This document shows, piece after piece, positions 28,014-36,685 of a stretch of 64,000 nt of DNA (the stretch's first letter is position 1; each line of letters opens with the position of its first letter). A model generated the notes under the pieces. It was not told the origin of the DNA and ran no database searches. It saw only the letters and a program-made list of their open reading frames with translations. Made by a program: the position numbers and the translations under genes. Source of the DNA: a bacterium (GTDB lineage: Bacteria > Electryoneota > RPQS01); NCBI GenBank assembly GCA_020846695.1, contig JADLDM010000187.1, forward strand, positions 1,010-65,009, read 5' to 3'.

Positions 28014-30512
28014 ATGACGCACCGCATTCCCAAACTTGTTGCGTGGCTGCTCACGCTCGCATTTGCCTGCGCAATTCTTCAGGCGCAATCAAACAGCGAC
28101 TGCATGGACTGCCACAGCGACCCCACGCTGTCGGCCGATCGCCTGACCGGCCCGGTTTCGCTCACGGTGACCACCGACAGTTTGAAGGGCAGCGTGCATG
28201 AAGGTCTCGACTGTATTGACTGTCACGCCGATCTCAAAAATGCGGAATTTCCGCACGAGAGACCGCGCAATGTCAATTGCGGTGAGTGTCATGACGCGGA
28301 GATGAAGACTTTCATGGCGGGCTTTTTCAACAAGCTGAACGCCATGGGTTTTCGTGGTGTGCCGGAGTGTTCGGATTGTCACGGCTCGCACAAGATCACG
28401 GCGCATGCGGATTCGCGGAGAGTGTGCGGGATTTGTCACCGCAATGAGTTAGCCGCCTTCGACAAAAGTGTGCACTCACGCACCGGCAAGGCCGCGAAGG
28501 AACAGATGAGCTGCACGTCGTGCCACGACCCGCATTTCAAATCGCGACGTGACAGTATGTCGGTTGCCGAATGGCGCGAGTACAATGTGCACGGCTGTAT
28601 GGAGTGCCACAAGGGCGAATCCAAGAACTACGTCGCAAGTAAGCACTTCGAAAAGTTGAAAGGCGGCGATCTCGACGCTCCGAACTGCGTGTCCTGTCAC
28701 GGTGAACACGGAGTCCTTTCACCTTCCGATCCCGCTTCGCACGCTTCGGTGGAGCGACTTGATGCCCTCTGCTCAACTTGCCACCAGGGATATGAGGAGT
28801 CACTGCACCGCAAGGACAGCGTGGACGCAAGGCTGATGACTTGTGTCGCTTGTCACACGGGACATCAGACGCAGATGGTTCACGCCTCCGGTGGAATATT
28901 TCGCGAGCAGCTCCCCGCGACCTGTAATCGCTGTCATGAAGGCGAGCGCCACACGAAGGAGTTTCTCGCGCACGGCAAGATCATGACGACATCTGAGACG
29001 GGGGACATTGCAAACTGTACGCAGTGTCACGTCTATCACTTCCAGCGCAAGATTGAAGGGCAGGAGCCTAAATCCAATCTGAGAATGCAGTGCGAAAACT
29101 GCCATTCAAAGGAGTATCAGGAGTACATGCGCTCGGAGCACGGAATCGCCTTTGCAAAGGGGCACACCGAAGCTCCGACCTGCGTTACTTGTCATGGGGA
29201 CAAGGACATTCAGAAGGTTAGTGAAGCGATGCGTCCTCGGCACATCATTGACATGTGCAGCAAGTGTCACGGCAATCGCGACTTCGCTCTGAAGTTCCAA
29301 TTGAATCCTGAAGTCGTGCGCTCTTACGAGCGAACGTACCATGGGCAGGCCTACAATCTTGGCTATCAGGGGGATGACTTTGCGACGTGCGTGAACTGTC
29401 ACGGCAATCACGATATTCGTTCACAAGACGATCCGGAATCAAAGGTCAGCCGACAGCATATCATTGAAACGTGCGCGCGTTGTCATAAGGACGCCAACGA
29501 AAATTTCGTGCAGTTTCTTTCGCACTACGATCCGCACGGCGGGCCGGAAGGAGCGACGAAGTCCGAGCGCAACGTGAGCTACGCCGAGAAATTCATGACG
29601 AATCTTCTGTTTTTCGTCTTTGGTTTCTTCGGATTGCACACGGCGCTTTGGCTGATTCGCGGATTTGCGGAAGGTAGACCGAAACGTTCCAAAGAATCGG
29701 AGCGGAAATGGGTTAGGCGGTTTTCTCCGTGGCAGAGAACACTGCATATCGCGCTGGCTTCAAGCTTCCTGTTGCAGGCGATGACGGGATTGCCGTTGAA
29801 GTTCTCACACAGTGAAGCAGCCTATTGGATCACCAATCATCTGATTGATTTGCGGACGATGGCCATCATTCATCGTATCGGCGCGGCGATTATGATCGCG
29901 ACGTTTGTCCTGCATGTGCTGACGCTGATTTCCGCTTGGCTCTTCTTGAAGAAGAGAGGGTTGTTCTGGGGCGACGGCTCAATGGTTCCGCAATTGCGCG
30001 ACGGCAAGGACATCTTCGCGCACTTCCGCTGGTTCCTCTGGCTTGGGCCGAAACCGAAGTTCGGCAAGTTTACGTATTGGGAGAAGTTCGATTACTTCGC
30101 GGTGTTCTGGGGCGTCTTGATCATCGGATCGAGCGGCTTCATTCTCTGGTATCCGGAGTTTTTCACACAGCTTCTGCCGGGTTGGGTGATTAATCTCGCG
30201 CACATAGTTCATAGTGAGGAAGCTCTGCTTGCAACGGCATTCATCTTCTCGATCCACTTTTTCAACGGACATCTTCGCCCGAGCAAATTCCCGTTCGACG
30301 ACGTGATCTTCACGGGACGCGAATCCACCGAAGAGCTTGAACGCGAGCGGCCGCTCGAAATTGAGCAGCTTATTAAGGAAGGCAAACTTGATGCGCACGT
30401 CGTGCCGCCAATGAAGACGTGGCATAAGTTATTTCTCAAGACGTGGGGATGGTCGGCGTTTCTTGCAGGACTTGTTGTGCTCATCTTCATCATCTATGCG
30501 ATGTTCGGATAG
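28014..30512 (+). CDS. 17-haem cytochrome c fused to a C-terminal multi-TM dihaem cytochrome b-like membrane domain (CbcL-like c/b fusion), paralogue 2
   Basis: Signal peptide MTHRIPKLVAWLLTLAFACAILQA. 17 CxxCH motifs. The C-terminal TM domain has His-containing helices (WQRTLHIALASSFLLQAMTGLPLKF...). It has the same architecture as the upstream gene. Confidence 0.8.
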   Translation: MTHRIPKLVAWLLTLAFACAILQAQSNSDCMDCHSDPTLSADRLTGPVSLTVTTDSLKGSVHEGLDCIDCHADLKNAEFPHERPRNVNCGECHDAEMKTFMAGFFNKLNAMGFRGVPECSDCHGSHKITAHADSRRVCGICHRNELAAFDKSVHSRTGKAAKEQMSCTSCHDPHFKSRRDSMSVAEWREYNVHGCMECHKGESKNYVASKHFEKLKGGDLDAPNCVSCHGEHGVLSPSDPASHASVERLDALCSTCHQGYEESLHRKDSVDARLMTCVACHTGHQTQMVHASGGIFREQLPATCNRCHEGERHTKEFLAHGKIMTTSETGDIANCTQCHVYHFQRKIEGQEPKSNLRMQCENCHSKEYQEYMRSEHGIAFAKGHTEAPTCVTCHGDKDIQKVSEAMRPRHIIDMCSKCHGNRDFALKFQLNPEVVRSYERTYHGQAYNLGYQGDDFATCVNCHGNHDIRSQDDPESKVSRQHIIETCARCHKDANENFVQFLSHYDPHGGPEGATKSERNVSYAEKFMTNLLFFVFGFFGLHTALWLIRGFAEGRPKRSKESERKWVRRFSPWQRTLHIALASSFLLQAMTGLPLKFSHSEAAYWITNHLIDLRTMAIIHRIGAAIMIATFVLHVLTLISAWLFLKKRGLFWGDGSMVPQLRDGKDIFAHFRWFLWLGPKPKFGKFTYWEKFDYFAVFWGVLIIGSSGFILWYPEFFTQLLPGWVINLAHIVHSEEALLATAFIFSIHFFNGHLRPSKFPFDDVIFTGRESTEELERERPLEIEQLIKEGKLDAHVVPPMKTWHKLFLKTWGWSAFLAGLVVLIFIIYAMFG

Positions 30513-30532
30513 ATAAGCTTGCGCGTTTTTTG

Positions 30533-30568
30533 AGAGCCGTTCGCTAAATGCGGGCGGCTCTTTTGTTT
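30533..30568 (+). terminator. Rho-independent terminator after the cytochrome c/b operon
   Basis: AGAGCCGttcgctaaatgcgggCGGCTCTtttgttt. A 7-bp GC-rich stem plus a T-tract, 20 nt after the stop. Confidence 0.55.
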
Positions 30569-30643
30569 AGCACACTAAGTGATGAAGAAACAGAAGGCGT
30601 GGAAAAAAATTTTGCAGAACGGAGGTGGTTGAAAAGATGAGAG

Positions 30644-30856
30644 ATGAAGCGGGAAGTGAAGAATCTGCGGGCAGGAACACGTAAGCTGTTGTGTTACCTA
30701 TTGAACGTTGCGAAGAGTGAAAAGTTCCGGGCTGTTCTTGAAAGAGATAGAGATTGGAGGAGGATTCAGAGCGCACGCAGTGCGGCACTACAGGAAGCAG
30801 ACAGACACGATTTATCATGTCCCTGCGATGAGAAAGAGAAACGGTCGCTTGAGTGA
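30644..30856 (+). CDS. Candidate small charged protein (70 aa) between two terminators
   Basis: A GGAGGTGG SD lies ~15 nt upstream. The ORF MKREVKNLRAGTRKLLCYLL...CPCDEKEKRSLE has its stop inside the loop of the downstream hairpin. The region is purine-rich. The call is speculative. Confidence 0.2.
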   Translation: MKREVKNLRAGTRKLLCYLLNVAKSEKFRAVLERDRDWRRIQSARSAALQEADRHDLSCPCDEKEKRSLE

Positions 30857-30876
30857 GCGACCGTTTGATGTTTTTG
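30838..30876 (-). terminator. Bidirectional hairpin terminator downstream of the minus-strand cytochrome operon
   Basis: AAACGGTCGCttgagtgaGCGACCGTTT. A perfect 10-bp stem with T-rich flanks on both strands. It lies 14-50 nt downstream of the gene ending at 30890. Confidence 0.5.
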
Positions 30877-30889
30877 ATAGGGGAGACGT

Positions 30890-31894
30890 TTACGGGAAGG
30901 TCGCGTTCACAACACCGTTCACGTGAAGTGAAGGATCGAGGAAGCGAATTTCATTTGCGTCATTGTAGTTGGAATTCGGATCTACGTGCGGATGACAGAA
31001 GTGGCAGCGATTCTCCGTCGGATGAAATGGAGCAGTCGGCGGAACCTGATGACAGCCACGACATTGCGTGATCGTCTGACCAGTTGCCCACTCCACTGCG
31101 ACAAGCGGAGCACCCTGATGCAAATCCGAGTGACAATAGGTTGCGCAGGTTCCGTTGCCGAGTTCACTCGGATCTGGAGTGTAGCTGTTCGGGAATCCAT
31201 TCGCATTGGAGATGTGCGCGTCATTGAAGGCAACGTCTGCGGGCAATGCATCAATGTGACTCAAGTCATCTACGTTGCTGTGGCACTCCGTGCAAGCATA
31301 GCGCGAGTGAGCGCCGTGTGCGCCGGGAGGAATAGAACCTATCGGCTCAATCGGCGGCATGCCGTGACATGTGATACAGGCGGCAGGGCCGCCGGGTTCG
31401 GTGTGGCAAGTCAAGCACGAAGAACCGCTGCGACCACCAGCGAAATCTACACCGTGACAGGATTGACAGCTTGCGAGATTCTGCCATTCGAAGTTCAAGA
31501 TATGAACAGGGTGGTTTGCGGTGTAGTTGCTTACATGCGGATAGGAATGACAGTTTGAACAAGCAACGTCGCTGACATATTCCTGCGGATCGGGCGGAAG
31601 CACATCCGGAAAGACGCCGCCCAGAGACGTGGATACGTTGTGACATTCCGCGCAACTCTGACCTTTGCTTCCCAACGCCGCAGTGCCGTGCCATTCTTGG
31701 CTATAGGGATCCATCCAATTGGAAGGATGCACTTGATAGCTGTCGGTAACACGATCTTCACTGCAAGACATGAAGGAGAAAAGCGCGAGCACAAATACTG
31801 TGAACAAGATGAAAATGCGCTTGGGAGTTTGACCCCCCCTTGCCCCCCCGGAAGACCGGTGGGGAATATGAAGTATGGATTTATTTCGCATCAT
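30890..31894 (-). CDS. Multihaem cytochrome c (8 CxxCH + 1 CxxxCH), probable lipoprotein or secreted protein
   Basis: Start chosen at MMRNKSILH... A hydrophobic signal (KRIFILFTVFVLALFSFMSC) follows a Gly-rich leader encoded by G7-CAA-G7. The C-terminus is terminal in the operon. Confidence 0.7.
   Translation of the reverse strand: MMRNKSILHIPHRSSGGARGGQTPKRIFILFTVFVLALFSFMSCSEDRVTDSYQVHPSNWMDPYSQEWHGTAALGSKGQSCAECHNVSTSLGGVFPDVLPPDPQEYVSDVACSNCHSYPHVSNYTANHPVHILNFEWQNLASCQSCHGVDFAGGRSGSSCLTCHTEPGGPAACITCHGMPPIEPIGSIPPGAHGAHSRYACTECHSNVDDLSHIDALPADVAFNDAHISNANGFPNSYTPDPSELGNGTCATYCHSDLHQGAPLVAVEWATGQTITQCRGCHQVPPTAPFHPTENRCHFCHPHVDPNSNYNDANEIRFLDPSLHVNGVVNATFP
31833..31849. repeat. Paired homopolymer tract C7-TTG-C7 (coding strand G7-CAA-G7) in the 5' coding leader of cytochrome gene 30890-31894
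   Basis: Read directly. It encodes SGGARGG upstream of the signal peptide h-region. Confidence 0.6.
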
Positions 31895-32885
31895 GGCACC
31901 TCGCGCAAACCGGTTCCTGATTCGGCACGTCGTGACAGGACATGCAGCTTTCCAAATCAAATTCGGCACTCATGCCGTGCGTTCCGCCGTCGGAAGTTAC
32001 AAAACCCGCGCGGAAGTGATCGGCGGGAAGAATTCCCATGTCGCGATGGCACTCGGTGCAGAAACTTCTCTGTTCGTGACACACTCCGCAACGCATGTCG
32101 GAGAGATGCGCGTCATGTCCATGCGTCGAGAGATATTCGTGCGGGTGCGGACTGATGACCGCATCGCCGTTGTGACAGCTTGCGCAATCGCGCTCTGAAC
32201 CCGATTGATGGCACATCGCGCAATTTGCCGATGTGATATTGGAGGCGATGCCATGCTGCTGAATCCACATCACATTGTGATCGGCGGGTTTCAGTTTGTC
32301 TTCGGGCATGTGACAGACATTGCACTCGCTCGTGACCACGCGTTCGGTGTGACAGTTCACACACGTGGCCATGTCCGGCAGCGGAGCCTTGGTCAAAGCG
32401 CTGCGTGCATCATCTAAACCTACGTGACAGATCGCGCAATCCAATCCAACCTTTTTCACGTGGCGTTCGTGATTAAACTTGGGAAGATACTCCGGAGCGC
32501 GAATCGTTGCGAATCCTTCCGTCTCGCCTTTCAAGCGAATGCCCTTGCCGGACAAGTCATTCTGCTCGTGACAGGCTGCGCAAACCGACCATTCGGGAAG
32601 CAGATTGTCATTGCCTGAAATGCTTGCATCAACGACGTGACACTCGGCGCATTTCATTCCGACTTCTTCGGTGTGGTAGCCGTGACTGAATGCGGGTTTG
32701 CTTGCACTCGAACGAGTCAGCGGGTATTTGTCATCGGCGAGTGATGGACGCGCAATGAGAAGGAGCGTTAGAGCAAGAATACAGAGGGTCGGCTGCAAGC
32801 AGCCAACACCGGAAGAAGGGGGGCAGCCGACACCGGAAGTTATGGAGCCGACACTGCAAGGGGGGGCGAACAATATCGTTTTCAT
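31881..32885 (-). CDS. Multihaem cytochrome c (11 CxxCH)
   Basis: The ATG at 32885 overlaps the porin stop (ATGA). A leader with SGVGC duplications and poly-Pro precedes the signal LCILALTLLLIARPSLA. 11 CxxCH motifs. Confidence 0.75.
   Translation of the reverse strand: MKTILFAPPCSVGSITSGVGCPPSSGVGCLQPTLCILALTLLLIARPSLADDKYPLTRSSASKPAFSHGYHTEEVGMKCAECHVVDASISGNDNLLPEWSVCAACHEQNDLSGKGIRLKGETEGFATIRAPEYLPKFNHERHVKKVGLDCAICHVGLDDARSALTKAPLPDMATCVNCHTERVVTSECNVCHMPEDKLKPADHNVMWIQQHGIASNITSANCAMCHQSGSERDCASCHNGDAVISPHPHEYLSTHGHDAHLSDMRCGVCHEQRSFCTECHRDMGILPADHFRAGFVTSDGGTHGMSAEFDLESCMSCHDVPNQEPVCARCHDAK
32814..32867. repeat. G6 and G7 tracts plus short direct repeats (gcagccRacaccggaag) in the 5' coding leader of cytochrome gene 31881-32885
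   Basis: Read directly. They encode the APP... and ...CPPS... segments and an SGVGC duplication. Confidence 0.55.
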
Positions 32886-34120
32886 TGCTGCCCTCCTTTC
32901 ACGCTCGAAAATCTTCGCGAAAGAGAAAACAGCGCGCGAATGTCCTCGTCGCTGCCTCTATCCTTGATGTGTTCAATGCGCGCCCCAAGCGCACCCATCG
33001 GACACGGCGAGAACGTCAAACCCGCGAAGATCATCTGCGATTCGGAATTGGGGCGCACTTCAGAATTTGAGCCTCTTGAATAGTCGAAGCCTACGCGACC
33101 TGTGAACTTGCCTTTTTCTTTGTGCAGTTCGCCGTAGAATCCGTCCATGTCGCCTTTGTCGGCGGCAAGCCAGTGCACATAGCCCATTTCAACACAAGAG
33201 CGTCCGATTCCCGCGCGAGTCTTGTAGAGCATGTCTTCTTCCGTGAAGAGCAGATAGCCCATGCCCGTCGCGTAGAACTCATTCCAGAAGGTCCACTGCG
33301 CGCCGCCTCGTGCGGAATTTGTTTTTGAGTCCTCGAGGAAATTGGCGAAGAAGGAATCCTCGAAAATTCTCGGCGTCTGCGTGCGCACGTCGGCGGAAAC
33401 CAGCAGATCGGGCCGCGTTTGCCAATAGACCGAAAGTTGTCCCGTCTCAATTGCGCCCTGCTCAAGATTCATGTGCAGGCGCGCGCGAATTGTGACGTCG
33501 CGATTGCGATCGCAGAAAAAGTCAAGACCCGCCCCATTGTAGAGCAGGTCTCCGTCTTTTCCGACATAATAATAGGAGAGCATCAGATTGCGCCCGTAGA
33601 GATTCGTGCGCAAATTGACACCCGCTGCGATTCCCTGATCGGGAACCGATTCATCGAGACTGATCGAGTTGGACAGGCGGGAGCCGCCATAAGCAGCGAA
33701 ACTTGTCTTAGGGCTGAACTGATAGCGGCCCCAGACGCCTGCCACATTTCCACGACCAACTCCCTCCGACAGCCACTGCTGACCAAGCCTGAGAGAGAGT
33801 TTCGATTTCCGGGGTGTGTAGAGGATCAGGCAGCGCTGTATGCGCAGGCTCGTATTCTCACGAGTTCCATTCTGAAAATCCGTAAAACCCCGGAAGGTGC
33901 TTTCAAATCTCCATGCGTCGCCGGCAAATTGGCCGACATTCAAATTGAGCAGCGGCACCACCTGGACGTGATCCACAGAATCATCGCGCAAATAAGACCA
34001 CAACCCAAAACGCCCGGAAACGGAGACAGCTTGCGCTGTCTCCGTTCCGGCTAAAACCAGTCCCATACATGCCGACACGAGGCCGACAAGTAGCATTCTC
34101 CTGCCCAAGATAATCGGCAT
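32882..34120 (-). CDS. Outer-membrane porin-like beta-barrel protein (candidate cytochrome-sheathing porin of a porin-cytochrome conduit)
   Basis: Signal peptide MLLVGLVSACMGLVLAGTETAQA. The sequence has alternating amphipathic beta-strand character rich in Y/F/W/G. No Cys or haem motifs. It is sandwiched between multihaem cytochrome genes. Confidence 0.55.
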   Translation of the reverse strand: MPIILGRRMLLVGLVSACMGLVLAGTETAQAVSVSGRFGLWSYLRDDSVDHVQVVPLLNLNVGQFAGDAWRFESTFRGFTDFQNGTRENTSLRIQRCLILYTPRKSKLSLRLGQQWLSEGVGRGNVAGVWGRYQFSPKTSFAAYGGSRLSNSISLDESVPDQGIAAGVNLRTNLYGRNLMLSYYYVGKDGDLLYNGAGLDFFCDRNRDVTIRARLHMNLEQGAIETGQLSVYWQTRPDLLVSADVRTQTPRIFEDSFFANFLEDSKTNSARGGAQWTFWNEFYATGMGYLLFTEEDMLYKTRAGIGRSCVEMGYVHWLAADKGDMDGFYGELHKEKGKFTGRVGFDYSRGSNSEVRPNSESQMIFAGLTFSPCPMGALGARIEHIKDRGSDEDIRALFSLSRRFSSVKGGQQ

Positions 34121-34148
34121 GAGGGAAACTGCTCCTTTCTGCTGAAAC

Positions 34149-35852
34149 TTACCGGACGGTCATCCTCTTCTGTTCGTTCAGGAGCGGCTGACCCGGCGTC
34201 AAATAATCAATCGCATTCGTCAACAACGAATAAGCGTATTCGTAGTTGTGGACGCCCATCGAGCCTTCATTGGTGATGAAGTACCAGGCATAGGCGGCTT
34301 CGCGCTGTTCACGCGTTGTGCTCGTGGTGTCGAAATTCGGCTCTTCGCCATTGTTCGGCAGCATGGCGAACAGTTGATCCATCAAGCCCTGAATTTCCGT
34401 GCGGCGACCGTGATAGTCGAATCCTTCAGGAGTCGCGTGGCACTGATTGCAAGCCTCGACGCGCGGCTCAAAGGCGTGACCATGATAGTCGTGGCCGGGA
34501 GTGTCGCCCGGAATCGTGTGCACGTGACAGGTCACGCACATATCCGCAAGATTGCCCTCACCAATCACTACATCCGGCTGGTGAGCCGATTCACGATTGT
34601 AAGTATAGCCTGCAATTTCGTAGGAACCGCGACCCAGCATCATGTCTGCCTGGCAGCTTGCGTGTGGTCCGGCGTGCGCGCTACCGTTGTTGATCTGGCC
34701 AACGATGTTTGAGTAGGTGCGGCGAGCATGGTGACACTGTGCGCAGAGCTGTCCCTTGCCGAAGCTCAGAACGCCCAATTCTTCATCGGGAACCCACAGC
34801 GTATCGGCGATGTCCGGTCCAGGATAGACGATGGGGAATGCGCCCAGACCACGCAGGTAGCCCGGATTGTCCTCGCTGAACTCATGCACGTCGTGGCAGG
34901 TTGCACAGGAAACTTGCCAGCCTTCCGCCGGCACTGCTACGTCCGCCCATTCCGGGTCCCATTTCTTAATGAAGGCTTCGGAGATGTGACAGAAGTTGCA
35001 AGACGAGCGATTCCACTCCGTATTGAACTCCTCGATTCCGCCGGCGCGCTCGATCGCGGTGCCGTGCGCGGATTCTTCGTACTCTTCAAATTGCGAGTGG
35101 CAGCGATTACAGGTCTCACCCGTGATAACCAGTTCGACATCCGGCTCATGCGACGAGAAATCCGGGCCCATCGGGCCGTGACAGGCTTCGCAAGTCACAT
35201 TGCGAAGCATGGCATTAGGATAGTCATCATATCCGCCATTGTCAACCCCCGGTGTGGTCACCGAGCCGTCGTAGGCGACGATATCGTCCCAACCGGTGGT
35301 GTGGCACTGCAAGCAGTAGGGATTGTTTTCCGCGCTTGAAGCGACTAATGCATCATAAGCGCCTGCATGGTGGGTGCCGCGCCAGCTTTCCACCTTGGCC
35401 TGATGGCAGTGCGCGCAACGATTCTCACTGTCGCCCAAGTAGCTCGGATAGACCGACGGAACATAGGTGTTCACGCCGACGCGAACCGTGCCAGTCGCCG
35501 ATCCGTCTTCGTCGGTGACGGTGACGGTGATTTCATAGAGACCGATGCCCGAGGGCGGCGTGTAGGTGGTTACTGCCGCGTTGGTGCTGGACAGTGTGCC
35601 CGAAGCTGCCGACCAGTGATAGGTCATGGCGTCGCCATTGGGGTCATAGGCGCTGACAAAGAGCACCGTGCTTTCGCCTGTGCCGACCGAATCAGGAGCC
35701 GCAACAACCGCCGTGATAATCGGCGCCATGTCCGGATTCAAGCCCGACGGTCCCGCAGGCCCTTGGTCGCCTTCGCAACCCCAGAATGCAACGCTGACCG
35801 TAAGCAAGCCTACAATCAGAAATGCAACCGGATGAAGTCTTCTACGTGTCAT
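34149..35852 (-). CDS. Lipoprotein multihaem cytochrome c (9 CxxCH) with an N-terminal PKD/Ig-like domain
   Basis: MTRRRLHPVAFLIVGLLTVSVAFWGC carries a lipobox. A PKD-like segment (VLFVSAYDPNGDAMTYHWSAASG) follows. 9 CxxCH motifs. Confidence 0.8.
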   Translation of the reverse strand: MTRRRLHPVAFLIVGLLTVSVAFWGCEGDQGPAGPSGLNPDMAPIITAVVAAPDSVGTGESTVLFVSAYDPNGDAMTYHWSAASGTLSSTNAAVTTYTPPSGIGLYEITVTVTDEDGSATGTVRVGVNTYVPSVYPSYLGDSENRCAHCHQAKVESWRGTHHAGAYDALVASSAENNPYCLQCHTTGWDDIVAYDGSVTTPGVDNGGYDDYPNAMLRNVTCEACHGPMGPDFSSHEPDVELVITGETCNRCHSQFEEYEESAHGTAIERAGGIEEFNTEWNRSSCNFCHISEAFIKKWDPEWADVAVPAEGWQVSCATCHDVHEFSEDNPGYLRGLGAFPIVYPGPDIADTLWVPDEELGVLSFGKGQLCAQCHHARRTYSNIVGQINNGSAHAGPHASCQADMMLGRGSYEIAGYTYNRESAHQPDVVIGEGNLADMCVTCHVHTIPGDTPGHDYHGHAFEPRVEACNQCHATPEGFDYHGRRTEIQGLMDQLFAMLPNNGEEPNFDTTSTTREQREAAYAWYFITNEGSMGVHNYEYAYSLLTNAIDYLTPGQPLLNEQKRMTVR

Positions 35853-35914
35853 GATTCTTCCCTTTCTTTTCTCTCCCAAGAAACAATTCTACCGCATGTT
35901 ATGTGAATGAAATA

Positions 35915-35937
35915 CCCTCGATTCAATGAATCGAGGG
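35915..35937. promoter_or_regulatory. Perfect 11-bp inverted repeat (CCCTCGATTCA a TGAATCGAGGG) in the leader/promoter of the cytochrome-porin operon
   Basis: The arms were read directly. It lies 63-85 nt upstream of the 35852 start codon on the minus strand. Confidence 0.3.
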
Positions 35938-36366
35938 TAAAAATGTGGCTCAGGTGGGCAGACTCGTCACCTGCAACATCACTTGGCAATGATGCACGGC
36001 ATATTTGAGTTCGTTTGTTTGTCCTGTCCAGCGGGCTTTCATGTTCCGCGACCAATTCTTATTTTATTGAAAGCACTCTGCAACAAACTTATTCAATTTT
36101 CACGCCAACTTCAAGTGAAAATTGTCACTAAGTAACAAACTCACATATGCCGCGCGCCCATCCATAACACGTAAAAACTGCGATGTAGAGTCTTTTTGTC
36201 AACTTCAAATTGTCATATTCGAGAGGCGAAGCGCGATGAGAAGATGCTCATTAAAGTCTCTCTCGCGATGATTTTGCAAGATTATCCGCAATAGAAATGC
36301 AAATCGCGCCACTCTCCTCTATGGGGAGGGACAATCTTGCCCAATAACCGACTAATTTGTCGCCCG

Positions 36367-36672
36367 CTACTTGCCTGAATCGCGGTGCGAGCGAACAAAC
36401 CGCTGAATCTCGTCCGGCTCAAACAGAATCACTTTGCGGGAAAGTCGGACACAGCGCAGCTTGTCCTCCTTCACCCAACGCATAATCGTCGTACGATGGA
36501 CATGGCCGAGCATCTGCGCGGCTTCGGTCAATGTCAGGAGCTTGGAAGGATCGTGCTCGACTGCGGCACTCATCGGGCGCGGGCGAACCTTCGTCATTGC
36601 AGGATCAGGTCGTGTGCCGACCACGGCCTTTTTTAGGCTATTCATGTGCTTGCCTTTCGTTTGCGCAAACAA
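36367..36672 (-). CDS. Small helix-turn-helix DNA-binding protein (excisionase/AlpA/MerR-like HTH)
   Basis: LTLTEAAQMLGHVHRTTIMRWVKEDKLRCVRLSRKVILFEPDEIQRFV is a typical Xis/MerR-type HTH. The start may be the internal M (MNSLKK) at 36645. Confidence 0.55.
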   Translation of the reverse strand: MFAQTKGKHMNSLKKAVVGTRPDPAMTKVRPRPMSAAVEHDPSKLLTLTEAAQMLGHVHRTTIMRWVKEDKLRCVRLSRKVILFEPDEIQRFVRSHRDSGK

Positions 36673-36685
36673 AAGATGAAGACGG

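Noticed and set aside
25545-30512. Possibility that the two 17-haem c/b genes are an assembly duplication
   Set aside because: Their protein sequences are clearly diverged (different haem-motif contexts throughout), so they are true paralogues.
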